A DNA stretch of 64,000 bases, from the NCBI GenBank assembly GCA_964252035.1, contig OZ176204.1; one strand, given 5' to 3'. The notes beneath the pieces were generated by a model that did no database searches, was not told the origin of the DNA, and worked only from the letters and a program-made list of their open reading frames with translations. Position 1 is the first letter of the stretch, and every line of letters begins with the position of its first letter. The stretch is from Podarcis erhardii (taxonomy: Eukaryota). Of the stretch, positions 50,001-59,790 are shown piece after piece. Position numbers and translations under genes: made by a program.

Positions 50001-50185
50001 TCATTACATCCACATGTATACACAGTCCCATCATCCAAGACAAACACAGTGTGTCTTAGTCCACAGCCTACATCTCGAACCTTTTTGTTTATGAAAAAGT
50101 TGCATCTTCTGGGTTCTAGGACAACTTCTTCATCAATGCCCCCCAATCCAAGCTGTCCAAAAGAGGCATTTCCCCAACATAACAT
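25853..50185 (-). CDS. HERC4: HERC4 E3 ubiquitin ligase (RCC1-like domain + HECT), complete spliced CDS (1060 aa with the microexon, 1052 without)
   Basis: 24 minus-strand coding exons totalling 3183 nt, all GT-AG with compatible phases. RCC1 repeats (WGxNxxGQLG). HECT catalytic motif [15 protein letters not shown]-terminus [10 protein letters not shown]. Confidence 0.97.
27004..27111. mobile_element. Possible Harbinger-like MITE remnant
   Basis: cataggtgccaactcc ... agctggcactcctg imperfect inverted termini. A similar terminus ggagttgcctcctatg lies near 55993-56008. Confidence 0.35.
27512..27614 (-). CDS. HERC4: HERC4 coding exon 23 (HECT)
   Basis: [34 protein letters not shown]; 103 nt. 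Confidence 0.94.
27838..28021 (-). CDS. HERC4: HERC4 coding exon 22 (HECT)
   Basis: [23 protein letters not shown]...YDWKELEK; 184 nt. Confidence 0.95.
28403..28437 (+). repeat. (AAAGAG)n hexanucleotide microsatellite
   Basis: About five tandem units. Confidence 0.85.
28621..28703 (-). CDS. HERC4: HERC4 coding exon 21 (HECT)
   Basis: [27 protein letters not shown]; 83 nt. Confidence 0.94.
28886..28952 (-). CDS. HERC4: HERC4 coding exon 20 (HECT)
   Basis: [22 protein letters not shown]; 67 nt. Confidence 0.94.
29296..29462 (-). CDS. HERC4: HERC4 coding exon 19 (HECT)
   Basis: [55 protein letters not shown]; 167 nt. Confidence 0.95.
30737..30880 (-). CDS. HERC4: HERC4 coding exon 18 (HECT)
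   Basis: [48 protein letters not shown]; 144 nt. Confidence 0.95.
30941..31091 (-). mobile_element. Short SINE with tRNA-Ile-like head and CR1-type tail (Squam3-like)
   Basis: Minus strand reads ggatagctcagttggttagagcctggtgctgataacgccagggtcgcagg ... cccttccaactctacaattctatgattctatg. Confidence 0.75.
31170..31330 (+). mobile_element. L2/CR1-group LINE 3' tail
   Basis: T-rich stretch, then gccgcccagagtggctgggg...cagatggg and a (GAAT)n tail. Confidence 0.55.
31726..31893 (-). CDS. HERC4: HERC4 coding exon 17
   Basis: [56 protein letters not shown]; 168 nt. Confidence 0.95.
32163..32261 (-). CDS. HERC4: HERC4 coding exon 16
   Basis: [33 protein letters not shown]; 99 nt. Confidence 0.94.
32540..32563 (-). 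CDS. HERC4: HERC4 24-nt microexon (DISHGLNE)
   Basis: cttttggtag|GATATCAGCCATGGATTAAATGAG|gtaaga. Phase 0/0. Resembles the optional 8-aa segment of human HERC4 (DVNHGLTE, from memory). Confidence 0.85.
33034..33285 (+). mobile_element. Sauria SINE with an internal deletion/rearrangement
   Basis: GGGACGCGGGTGGCGCT head and cctttaccttt tail. 15-bp TSD tatgtcctatgtaca at 33019-33033 and 33286-33300. Confidence 0.88.
35354..35473 (-). CDS. HERC4: HERC4 coding exon 14
   Basis: [40 protein letters not shown]; 120 nt. Confidence 0.95.
36634..36806 (-). CDS. HERC4: HERC4 coding exon 13
   Basis: [21 protein letters not shown]...LKVLEILHR; 173 nt. Confidence 0.95.
37213..37452. mobile_element. Tc1/mariner MITE related to family B, in opposite orientation
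   Basis: TA|CAGTCATAACTC ... GAGGTACCACTG|TA. Shares the aaacccagaagtatttacttctggg hairpin and the gcatgcgcagaag motif. Confidence 0.7.
37881..38070 (-). CDS. HERC4: HERC4 coding exon 12
   Basis: [24 protein letters not shown]...LEKAPLKVL; 190 nt. Confidence 0.95.
39531..39642 (-). CDS. HERC4: HERC4 coding exon 11
   Basis: [37 protein letters not shown]; 112 nt. Confidence 0.93.
39790..39849 (-). CDS. HERC4: HERC4 coding exon 10
   Basis: [19 protein letters not shown]; 60 nt. Confidence 0.92.
40000..41035 (+). mobile_element. Degraded non-LTR retrotransposon (LINE) ORF2 3' region, antisense to HERC4
   Basis: Frame from 40083 reads ...[10 protein letters not shown]...[26 protein letters not shown]...WAALKYW. 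Later it reads [17 protein letters not shown]...[19 protein letters not shown] (decayed Zn-knuckle). AATAAA near 41029. Clade uncertain. Confidence 0.7.
41669..41802 (-). CDS. HERC4: HERC4 coding exon 9
   Basis: [44 protein letters not shown]; 134 nt. Confidence 0.9.
42445..42675. mobile_element. Penelope-like retroelement remnant forming a 95-bp-arm inverted repeat
   Basis: 14-bp TSD acatcaccataatg at 42431-42444 and 42676-42689. Arms 42445-42539 and 42541-42635 differ at one position. An inverted terminal duplication is typical of PLE insertions. Confidence 0.8.
42499..42536 (-). ncRNA. Minimal type-I hammerhead ribozyme motif (PLE-type)
   Basis: Minus strand: GUAU-CUGAAGA-A-GUGUG(CAUG)CACAC-GAAA-GC-UC^-AUAC. 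Stem I is GUAU/AUAC and stem III is a palindromic AGCU. Activity not shown. Confidence 0.65.
43340..43416 (-). CDS. HERC4: HERC4 coding exon 8
   Basis: [26 protein letters not shown]; 77 nt. Confidence 0.92.
44450..44610 (-). CDS. HERC4: HERC4 coding exon 7
   Basis: [54 protein letters not shown]; 161 nt. Confidence 0.94.
45020..45150 (-). CDS. HERC4: HERC4 coding exon 6
   Basis: [43 protein letters not shown]; 131 nt. Confidence 0.94.
46491..46582 (-). CDS. HERC4: HERC4 coding exon 5
   Basis: [31 protein letters not shown]; 92 nt. Confidence 0.94.
47058..47279 (-). CDS. HERC4: HERC4 coding exon 4
   Basis: [18 protein letters not shown]...[15 protein letters not shown]; 222 nt. Confidence 0.95.
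47780..47856 (-). CDS. HERC4: HERC4 coding exon 3
   Basis: [25 protein letters not shown]; 77 nt. Confidence 0.94.
48379..48538 (-). CDS. HERC4: HERC4 coding exon 2
   Basis: [54 protein letters not shown]; 160 nt. Confidence 0.95.
48744..49088 (+). mobile_element. Full-length Sauria SINE (different subfamily)
   Basis: GGGACGCGGGTGGCGCTGTGG head, B-box-like gttcgaatccc, ggtaccttt tail. TSD taataaggagtgt at 48729-48741 and 49089-49101. Confidence 0.88.
49960..50185 (-). CDS. HERC4: HERC4 first coding exon
   Basis: [20 protein letters not shown]...GHEKSRKRP; 226 nt coding; donor G|gtaagt. The exon probably starts at 50239. Confidence 0.96.
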
Positions 50186-52867
50186 GTTGCCAGCCCTCTC
50201 AATGATCTGCCAGCTTCAGCATTCAAACGTCCAGCATCACTGTAATGGAGTGGGAAATAAGTTAGTACTAGAATACAGGGGACTTGGTATTTATAATAGG
50301 ATTCACAAATTTCATCTCTCAATTATTGTCATTAGCCCAAATAAAAACACTAAGAATTTCACGTCTCATTAGAAGAACTCTATAGCAGAAAAATGTAAAT
50401 GTGACTGTTACATGTTCTCTAAAATATTAATCATCTAATTTTAAATAAGTATTTTGCTAGAGCTAGTATTTTTGGACCTCTCAATATCAGAATTGCAAAC
50501 ATTTATTGCAGGCCAAATGTGGTTGTTATGTGTTACTCCTACAAGCGAGTAAGATGCAAAAAGGCATAACCAGAACTATTTATGAAACCAGTAATGACAG
50601 CAGGATAGAAAGCACCACAATGGCAAATCTGAAAGGATTTTTTTGTGCAAGACAAATTTTTGTGCTGACTACAAATTCAGCATGGAGATTAAATTTTCTG
50701 GATATTTGAGACTTGGAATAGAACAGTTCTCTCTTCCCCACTATTTTTACACATTTTCTCCCATGTCTTTACATTTAAGTCAACCCCTAAGATTATATTT
50801 AGCCCAATCCTAAGCATGTTTTACTTGATAAGTAGATCCCACTGAGTTCCATGAGCGCTTTAGACTGAAAACCGCAAGATAGTTAACAAAATCCAGCCAC
50901 ACTTACAAGACACTCAAGATGGTGCTGCCAAGAGCTGGAACATACTTGTAAAAAAGTGGCCTTCAGACATCCATGCCAATCACGGCAAATTCAACCTGTT
51001 ATAAGAACATAATTAGGTAAAAGTTATGGGAATTCACATTTCTCCAAACCCAATCACATATTTTTCCCCCACTTGAATATCACTGAAAATAGAATTTAAA
51101 GAGAGCCCTTAGCTGAAAAAGCATGGTAAATCTTCGCTTCCTCCAGTAACAACCATTCAGGCCGTACAACTGGCGGGGGGGGGGGTTAGTGGTGGTTCCC
51201 CATATGTGGAATACCCTTCCCCAGTTAGGTATGCCTGTCTTCTTCATTATTAAAATGCAAGAGGAAGTGAAAAACATTCCTGTCCACCCAGGCATATAGT
51301 GGCTGAAAGAAACAGTTCTTGGCAACCCTGAAATCATTAGAAATGAGGCTATTTGACTGGCTTTAACTTTTTTTAGATCTTCTAATTGTTTTTAAATGTT
51401 TTGAAACACGTCTTTCAATTTTCATTATATTGTTTTATTGCTTGGTTAATTGCTGCCTTGAGCACCTTTCAAAGAAACAGCAGGAGTGAAATTTAATAAA
51501 CAACAAAAATAATAATTAGATTAAAATGTGCTAGAAAATATATATCACCCTTCTTCAGAAAAAATAAAAGGGCTTATTCTACTTTCAGTGCAATGAAACA
51601 GGCACACAGCAACACAAGGTTACTCAAGCAGATCCAGAGTGTTTTCTATATAGCTCTCAGCACGCTTATGCATATTTCTATGATTTATTTTCACCATTTC
51701 TTTTAAACAACTTAGATCCTAGATATCTGAAAGGCAGCTTCTATCCATACTCATCTTCTCAGGTGTTAAGATGTGCAGAGGGAGCTCTCTTGGTAGCTCT
51801 GCCATGCTTAGAAGTGTGAGAAGTGGCAGCTTGGGAGATGGCTTACTCTGTGGTGGCCCCTAAATTATGGACTTCCTTCCCATAGGGGTGCATCTAGGGT
51901 CTTCACTATACAGCTTTCACCATATGCTGAAGAAGACACTCCTCTTTGTGCTCACCTTTGATAGTTAAGTTCTTTTGCTGAATTTATACTGTTCCATTTC
52001 ATAGGATTTGGCATAAAACAATAGGAATCGACATAAAACAATAATGATGAGGCTAAACAACCAGATCAATATTTCTGAACACTAGATACAAGGAAGTCTT
52101 TATCATCCACTAGAATGAACACTATAATGGCAATATCAAGCCAATTTATTCTCTCACTAATTCAGGGGCTGTGCTGTCCTGCCATGCCATATAGTTGTAT
52201 AAACATTTTTATTATTAGAAGATTAAAAAGCAAAAATTCCTGAATTAGAAAAGGTGCAGGTGCGTAATACGACAAAGCTTTACTGTATTTCTTTCTATTT
52301 AGGTGAATAATGGTTTGTTTTAGTCATACACCCAATAACTCTGAAAAGATTTACTGTATGAACCTAGAGCTTTCCAGAAGCACCTACAGTATGAATCATT
52401 GTTGCTACATCACTTATTCGAAGCACAGTAATGCTGTGGATGAACACTAGCAATATCTAAATCTCCAGATGTCTAAAGACCAGGGGCTTATCCACATCTT
52501 TTGCCCCACTCTTTCTGCACTTTGCCCAGAAGCAAATTGGCAGATCTCTAAGCACAGATATTACATGCTGACAAGGCGTCACTACTGTCAGCAATCAGGC
52601 TGTAGCATTCTGTACTAACTTCAGCTTCCCGATTTCAAGCATGAGGGAAGACCCACATAGAGCACATTGATATGGATGGTAAACTTACACACAAGAGCTA
52701 CTTTCTGTCAACTCTGGATGAAAAACAGTGCAAAGCCAAGTTCCAAAATGGTTTTTTAAAAAAAGGACCACAACTTCCGTTTTCAAACTATTCCACCTTC
52801 CAAAACATATCTCCTTTATGCCTACCTCCATTAAGCTCACAACTTAATGTAGCAGGGAGTTAATGTA

Positions 52868-53184
52868 CAGTGGTACCTCGCAAGACGAAATTAATCCGTT
52901 CCGTGAGGCTCTTCGTATAGCGGTTTTTTCGTCTTGCGAAGCAAGCCCATTGACAGCTTAGCGGATTAGCGCTATTAGCGGTTTAGCGGCTTTTAGCAGA
53001 TCAGCTGATAAGCGGCTTAGGGCTTAGGAAAAGGGGGGGAAACCTGCAGGAACTCGCAAGACATTTTGTCTTGCGAAGCAAGCCCCTAGGGAAATTTGTT
53101 TTGCGAAGCGCCTCCAAAACGGAAAACCCTTTCGTCTAGCGGGTTTTCCGTCTTGCGAGGCGTTCATCTTGCGGGGCACCACTG
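52868..53184. mobile_element. 317-bp Tc1/mariner MITE, family C
   Basis: TA|CAGTGGTACCTCGCAAGACGAA ... TTCATCTTGCGGGGCACCACTG|TA. Internal gtcttgcgaagcaagccc repeats. Confidence 0.8.
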
Positions 53185-54589
53185 TATATGTCTGCTAGAA
53201 TTTCCTGATCCACATGTGTAACTACTGCATCACCATAAAAGTTTAAAAATTCAAATTATTTCTAACATGAAAATTACTTGGTATGGTTAAAGGCACACAC
53301 AGATGATTTATATTCTAAGCCATGGATGGGGCTTACCAAACTAACCCTTCAAAGGGTGTGTAACTCTGACTTGGCAGCTGCAGTTATGAAACCACTCTGA
53401 CTAGTACCAAATAAATTGCAAAACACCCACTTGCAACTCAACATACCTTAAGCATGTCTAATGGGGAGAAGGAGAAGAGAAATGCTATGATTTGCTATCT
53501 CTGTGGTTCTAGGTTAACAGGAACTGTTGCGCTAAAAGAATCATTGGATGAGGGAGCACTGTGGCTACAATATTATGCTCACTTACTTGGAAGTAAGCCT
53601 TACAGAATATGATGAGACCCACTGAATAACCAGTTGAGCTTCTATAGTTTATCTAGGTCAACCTTTTAAGCATTGACTGAAGGCCATGTGTTTGGACAGG
53701 TATCATTAAAAAGTGAGCACCTTCTGACACAGGGCTCAAGTCAAGTCTCCAACAACTTTACAGTAGCTCTTTTGTCCCCCCTCCCCATTTTTGATGAAGC
53801 TGGCAGAGTTTGACATTAGTAAACATCCAGATGTAGGAGAAGCATAGTTGCAGTCTTAGAAACACTTATTTGGAAGTAAGCATCATTGAGTACTACTGGA
53901 CCTACTTGAATAAAAGGCTGGAGTGCATAATTTCTGTAAGGTCAGCTCTTTCGGACCTTGACAGAGCATTGCCCTGAACAGAGGTGAAACTGGGCCCTCA
54001 GTTTCATTTCAAGCTCCTTCTCTCAAGTTTCAGCTTTCATTTCAATACAGAAGCCCGCAGTACTTCTGCAGCAAGGCTAACTATCATTCCCATCTATCTA
54101 GATGGGTATTTTGGGAGTTTGCTGTATCATCTTATTTTGAATTACTGTATATTTAATTTGAATTTACTATGCAGTCCACAGCTCCGGTAACCTTTGGACT
54201 AATAGTGGCAAATAAATAAACCGTAACATTGCTATCACTTGTTTCTTACTTGTATGAGGAAAAGCGTATTGGTAGCCTTCTAACCAACTGCTCACTAAGA
54301 AGTAAAAAAGAAAAGAAAAGCTCCTGCCTTCAGATGTCCCTTCCAATGATGCAAAGGTCACTCAGTAAGCGCTGGGTACTTATTAACAAAATAAGAATAT
54401 AAATATATTTAACCACGTACTGTACTGTCTTCACTTTAGATATACCCAACTACCTGTATGTAGGCTCCAGCTATTTTAGGCTGCTGGTGTTTTAGACACG
54501 AAAACACACCATCCTGCATTTGCTCAACACAACTGTTTTTTCATCTAAAAGGCCTGCGACTGGATTCAAAACACACATATATATTATTT

Positions 54590-55390
54590 AGCAGGGTTCG
54601 TTCCCCCCGGAGGTTTCGGCAGCTATGCATGTGGAGCGCCCCACTTTTTCCTCACGCACCCCTCGGGAAGGGGGGCGAGTGGCAGCTGTCAAACCCCACC
54701 AGACCCCAAAAGGCTCGTTCCTGGCGGCGCTGCCCCTCCGCCCACCGCCGCCTCTTCGTGAGTCACGAGGAGGCTGAAGAGAAGCCCCCGACCCCCCCAC
54801 CGCCCACCCCGACCGAGGCCCCGGAGAGCCCCTACTCTCTCCCGCAGGCAGCCGGGCTCCGCTGACCCTCCCATTCCCCTCTTCCAGGCCCCGCGCTCCA
54901 CCCCGAGGTGGTCCGCGCTCTCCCGCAGGCCACCTTACCAGCCCAGAAAGCCCGCTTTCTCCTCCGCTTCTCCACCCCCGACCACAGCGTGGACCCCCTC
55001 GGGAAAACACACAGCAAGGCCGCCCTGCCCTGCCCGACTCACGGCAGCCTCCTGCGCGGCAGCGTCCGCCCCCGCTTCTCTCCTCCGACGGAGGAAGCTG
55101 CCGGGCTGACTCGGCCCGACGATTCCACCCCAGGCGGGCCCCGGAGTGCGGCAGCGCCGAAGCAGGCGGGCGGGCGGGCGGGCGGGCGGGCGGGCGCCGA
55201 GAAAACAGGCCCAGCAGCGCCGGCTCGCCTTGCTTGCTCTCCCTCGCAGTGCGCAAGCGCCGAGCCCGCCTGCGTCGAGCAGCCGAGGCAGGCGGGAAGC
55301 ACGCTCTGGCTCTTCTCCCCGTGGACGGAAAGGGCCCGGGGGAGCTTTTCCCCTCGTGTCGCTTTCGCTGAGGGGGGAGAGATGGGGTTG
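54590..55390 (-). promoter_or_regulatory. HERC4 CpG island: promoter and non-coding first exon
   Basis: CpG-rich. NRF-1-like TGCGCAAGCGC at 55250-55260, (GGGC)n GC-box array at 55165-55195, minus-strand donor GCC|GTGAGT after 55043, and an AP-1-type palindrome TCGTGAGTCACGA at 54756-54768. Confidence 0.7.
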
Positions 55391-55397
55391 CTTATTA

Positions 55398-55639
55398 CAG
55401 TGGTACCTTGGGTTACATATGCCTCAGGTTACATACGCTTCAGGTTACAGACTCCGCTAACCCAGAAATAGTGCTTCAGGTTAAGAACTTTGCTTCAGGA
55501 TGAGAACAGAAATCGGGCTCCGGCGGCGCTGCAGCAGCAGCAGGCCCCATTAGCTAAAGTGGTGCTTCAGGTTAAGAACAGTTTCAGGTTAAGTACGGAC
55601 CTCCGGAACGAATTAAGTACTTAACCTGAGGTACCACTG
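55398..55639. mobile_element. 242-bp Tc1/mariner MITE, family A (second copy)
   Basis: Same length and over 90% identical by eye to 16405-16646; flanked by TA. Confidence 0.85.
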
Positions 55640-58600
55640 TATCTCCCCCCTGCCTCGCTCGCTAGAAGCTGAGGGAAATGGTAGCAGGTCCTTTCACGTC
55701 TCCACACACTTTTTAAGTAACTCAGTGGGACCCACTTCACTGTGGAGTAAGTCCCCCACCTACTTCTGGGTAAATTAGGATCAGGGCCCAGCGCTATTTT
55801 AGACTGCAAGGCTCCTAGGCAAAGGATGCCGCCTTATATGAAATATTGGGGGAGGGGGGAGGTAAGCTCAGCCCCACATAATCGATCACAAGACGGAGTG
55901 GGTGAACACCATTTGAATGGCAATGCCCATTAATTTGGGGGGAGGGAGGCCTCAATTTTTTTATTGGGGGGCCGAAGTGACCTCAGCCCCTAGGAGTTGC
56001 CTCCTATGGTCTTAGGGCAGTGCAGGAACTTGCCTTTTCAGCCTACTGTTATGTTAATACTGCAAAACGCCCAAATATATTTGCTGAGGGATGCCCTATA
56101 ATACGCCTTAAAGGCATCGTAAAAACAATTTTGTGACAGTAATTGATTCCCACAGATTTGCATACGACTAGGAGGAATAGTTCTGAAGAATAGCACCCAT
56201 GGACTTCTTTTGTTTCTTTGTTTTCCTATGATGCGCACACACATGTCACAGCAGGCACCACCAGCAGTACAAGAGAAGTTTCCTCCTGTGAGAAGGAAAA
56301 GGGAAGGTCTGTTCTAACATGCTGCCTGCCATCTGTGGTTTTGGCAATTACTTGTATGGAAAGTAGTTAACATTTTTTTAATTCACTGGTTAATTGGAGA
56401 CATGTTTCAAATAAAGCAGTGAAAAGTGCTAAATTGACACTAAATGGTTAAACTGTATGAGTAAAGCAATAATAAGAAAGCTCAGGTTTGCAGCCTAAGA
56501 CACTTAATATGCCTGTTTCTGTTGGAATAGTTGTACAGTAGCAAGTTTGAATGTGATGCAAGGCTCTTTATTAAGGATTTTTTCTCTAGCTTTCTGCTGT
56601 GCCTGGTGAGGAGTCCTTAGTAATTCAAAACTTGCTTTTTAAAAAGCTAAACCAAATTATCTGTTTTCCTTTTGTAACTCAGTCTAATTAACCTCTACAT
56701 TATAGGCGGCATTCCTTTGTTAGGCAGACTGCATGCTAATGACCCAGGATGATTGATAAATGTTTTCTCAACAGGAGAAAATGGTCAGGAAATAATTGGA
56801 GATCAGAACTATGAAGGTGACACATTTAATTTCTAGCAAATGCTAGATTAAGAAGTACTGGTATATGTGAAGGAGCAAAAGAAGCAGGTTTTCGACCAGA
56901 GGGTGGAGAGAGAAAATTGACCTGAAAGCTACAAGCATCTTGGGGTGCAAGGTGCATCTCTTAAGGAATCTCATGTAAGGTATCAGATCTGTTTCCTAGT
57001 TAGAAATGTATGTTGTTTGCCTTCAAAGCACATATTACAAAATTATCCTCAGTTTCCATTGCTCTCCAAAGCAAAGCAAAAGCAGTTAGCACTGCCCCTG
57101 GAACTTCTCATTATTTGGGGAAGTGGGATTTAGAATCAGGTTGTAAATTCTGTGCTGCCTATTCAAACTTTCATAATGTTATAAGGGTTTATTTGGGGGG
57201 GAGGGGACCCAAGAAATTAATGGAAGTCGGAAGTCAGAATCTAGGTAATATTTGGAGTAAGAGTCCAGGCCAGTGGAAAAATGCAAGTTATGCTTCCTTT
57301 CCAAGCCAGAACCTGGGAAAGAACATGACAAAAGAACATGACAAAAGGTGTTGATGGGCCATCAAAGAGGAATCCTTAGGCCTGGGCAGACAAAGGTTGC
57401 CAAGGTGTCTGGGAGGGGGTTTGATGTGAAACAAAATTGTGCTGGTTTTGAAATGAGAGCTTTGAAGAAGCAGGGGCCACATGGAAAAATGGTTTCCCTG
57501 GACAGAAAAGGGGCAGAGTTCCTGGGCAAGGGATTTTCTGGAAAGAATAAAGGAAGTAGGTAGAACCCTATGTGAGGGGGCTGGAGGTCAGAGCCATCTT
57601 GGAGCTGGTAGGGAAGCATCTGTCTGCAATGTTGGGCTGCTTTGAAGAACAAGCTGCTCTTGAAATGACAATGCTGTAAGATCTGCACCCCCTTCATCTC
57701 AACAGGTGTAAATATGTGTAATTAAAGCATATTTCTAAAAGATGCTAAAGCCTCTGCTGCGCCTTGCTTCTCAGTGGGAACAAGACCTTGAGTGCCTGGA
57801 ATCCCCTGGAATCTTGCACACTGCTCAGCAGAGAATTGTGAGGCATGAAAGTATGTACATAACAGTATGTACAGTGGACATTAGATGTGTTACATGTTTA
57901 AAAATTAATTGGACATCTGTAATACAGACAGGTAGATTACATCCACATAAATCTTCAGAACACGAAGCATAACAGAAAAGCACTTTGAAATAAGCAGTAA
58001 CAGTAACTTTACTCATTTTTTTGGTGACTGTCTTTAAAGTGCCAGAACAGCATAGTAGCATGCTGCGGTTCATAGAAATTATTTAGAGTTTGGAGGATCC
58101 ATTTTTATTTTTTAAACATAAAAGAAGTGATAAGGGAATATTATCAATTAGTAGAGGAAAGTAATGGTTGTCTCAAAAGATTCTCAGTTCTCACAAGTCT
58201 AGCAGCTAATAATCAAATTGTAAAGCTAGGATGCCACTGCTTTGGGCAATAGTTGGTTCCTACCTATTACCTCCCATACTGGTGAGTGTGAATGCTTTTT
58301 TTTTTTTAATTCCTCTCATATGAACCACAATCAGTGGCAGCACATCTGAATAAAAAGAACTCAGTACTACATTTCTCTGTTTTGTGATTATATCGATCTG
58401 TTCAAGTAGCAATGTCTTTGCCTGCAGGCAGAGGGAACCAGACTCTTACACTACAAAGCAACAGCATAATTGCCATCAGGACCTATGGAAACAAGTGGCA
58501 ATGTAGACAAGAAGTGATACTTGACTATTAAAGAATACTTAGATATTTTTGTATTTAAGCCTTTTCATAATTAGTAAAGAGATCTGTTGCAAGTTTGCAA

Positions 58601-59396
58601 GGGCTAACATTTTTACATTCTACTGTTATCAGTACTATCAGTTATTGAATTGTCTGCGCTACAGTGTAAAAGCCACTTCATACATAATGAATAATTGTCA
58701 AGCCCTCTTAGCTAAAGAAATTTCCCTTAAAATATTCCTGCAGTTGTACTTATGCAGGTGATGTTGATGTTAGTGTGTATCACTGTATCTGATGGTGACC
58801 CAAGTGGAAGGCAGCTTGCCCAGCCAATGTTTCTCTCCCCCTCCTTACCCCTATAGCCCTATGTACTTCTAAAACCTTGTCCTTAGGACTGAGGGGCCCT
58901 GAACAATGCGGGGTGTATTATACAGAGCTGAAATGGAAGGCGGAGTCCTATGCTGTTTCCTGTTCTCTTTTAATCTTGTTAGAGATTAGAACACATGAAT
59001 AGTGCTATAGTTGTTCTTGGCCAGCTTGGTGTAAGTGAGGCATTGGGCTTTGGGAAGGAGGCGTGAGGGTCTATCACACCCAGCAGTGTGAAAAATCAGT
59101 GTGCAGTCTGCAGGTTCTGTGTCGAAGTACTCTTGTGGCCCACTTGGTATGAAAAGACAGAGGTGCGAATTACAAGAGAAGAATATGCATCAGTGCAATT
59201 ATATATACTTAACCTTAGTTTCTGCTTGCAAAGGTTAAGCTGTAATTGTGGGTTTAGATAAAGGTCTTAGGGAGAGAGGTGGCAGCACATAGATGTTCTG
59301 GATGCAAGTTTTAGCCAACAAATGTGAGTGCTCAGGCCAGGGTCAATCCTGTGCACACTTTCTTGGGAGCAATCCCCATTGAACTGAACAGACAAA

Positions 59397-59535
59397 AAGG
59401 TAAAGGTAAAAAGGTAAAGGACCCCTGAATGGTTAAGTCCTGTCAAAGGTGATTGTATGGTGACGCACTCATCTCGCTTCAGGCCAAGGGAGCCAGCAAT
59501 TGTCCGCAGACAGCTTTCCAGGTCATGTGGGACTG
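59397..59535 (-). mobile_element. 5'-truncated Sauria SINE
   Basis: (aaggta)n tail followed by ggacccctg...ctcatctcgctt...ccaggtcatgtg, matching the 3' part of the 17962 copy. Confidence 0.7.
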
Positions 59536-59639
59536 CACTGTTAATGGAGACCACATCTCTTCTCATAGGCCTTTAGTAAAATTGTTTAGATGTCTGAGGT
59601 CTTAGATTACAGAGAGTTTTAAGTCTTCTGTGTTTTCTG

Positions 59640-59790
59640 CAGACAGTAATTGAATATCTGCTTGCACTCTTTTAAATTGTTGGTTTGTTGTTTATTTTGT
59701 ATTTAATTGTGCTTTTAGTAACTGACCTGTGAACTGCCCTGGGAACTTTTCAAATGGCAGGCAGTTTAGAAGTCTACTAAATAAATAAAT
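59640..59790 (+). mobile_element. Old LINE 3' tail
   Basis: T-rich stretch, then gtgaactgccctgggaac...ggcagtttagaag and an (AAAT)n tail. Confidence 0.4.

Noticed and set aside
54588-55471. ORFs of 100-220 aa in the HERC4 CpG island
   Set aside because: Arg/Gly/Pro/Ala-rich low-complexity translations, partly running into a MITE. The HERC4 CDS starts at 50185.
56900-57900. Cluster of short ORFs with LINE-like words (WEQDLE, KWDLE)
   Set aside because: Too degraded to assign. It may be an old retroelement remnant, but no continuous domain could be reconstructed.
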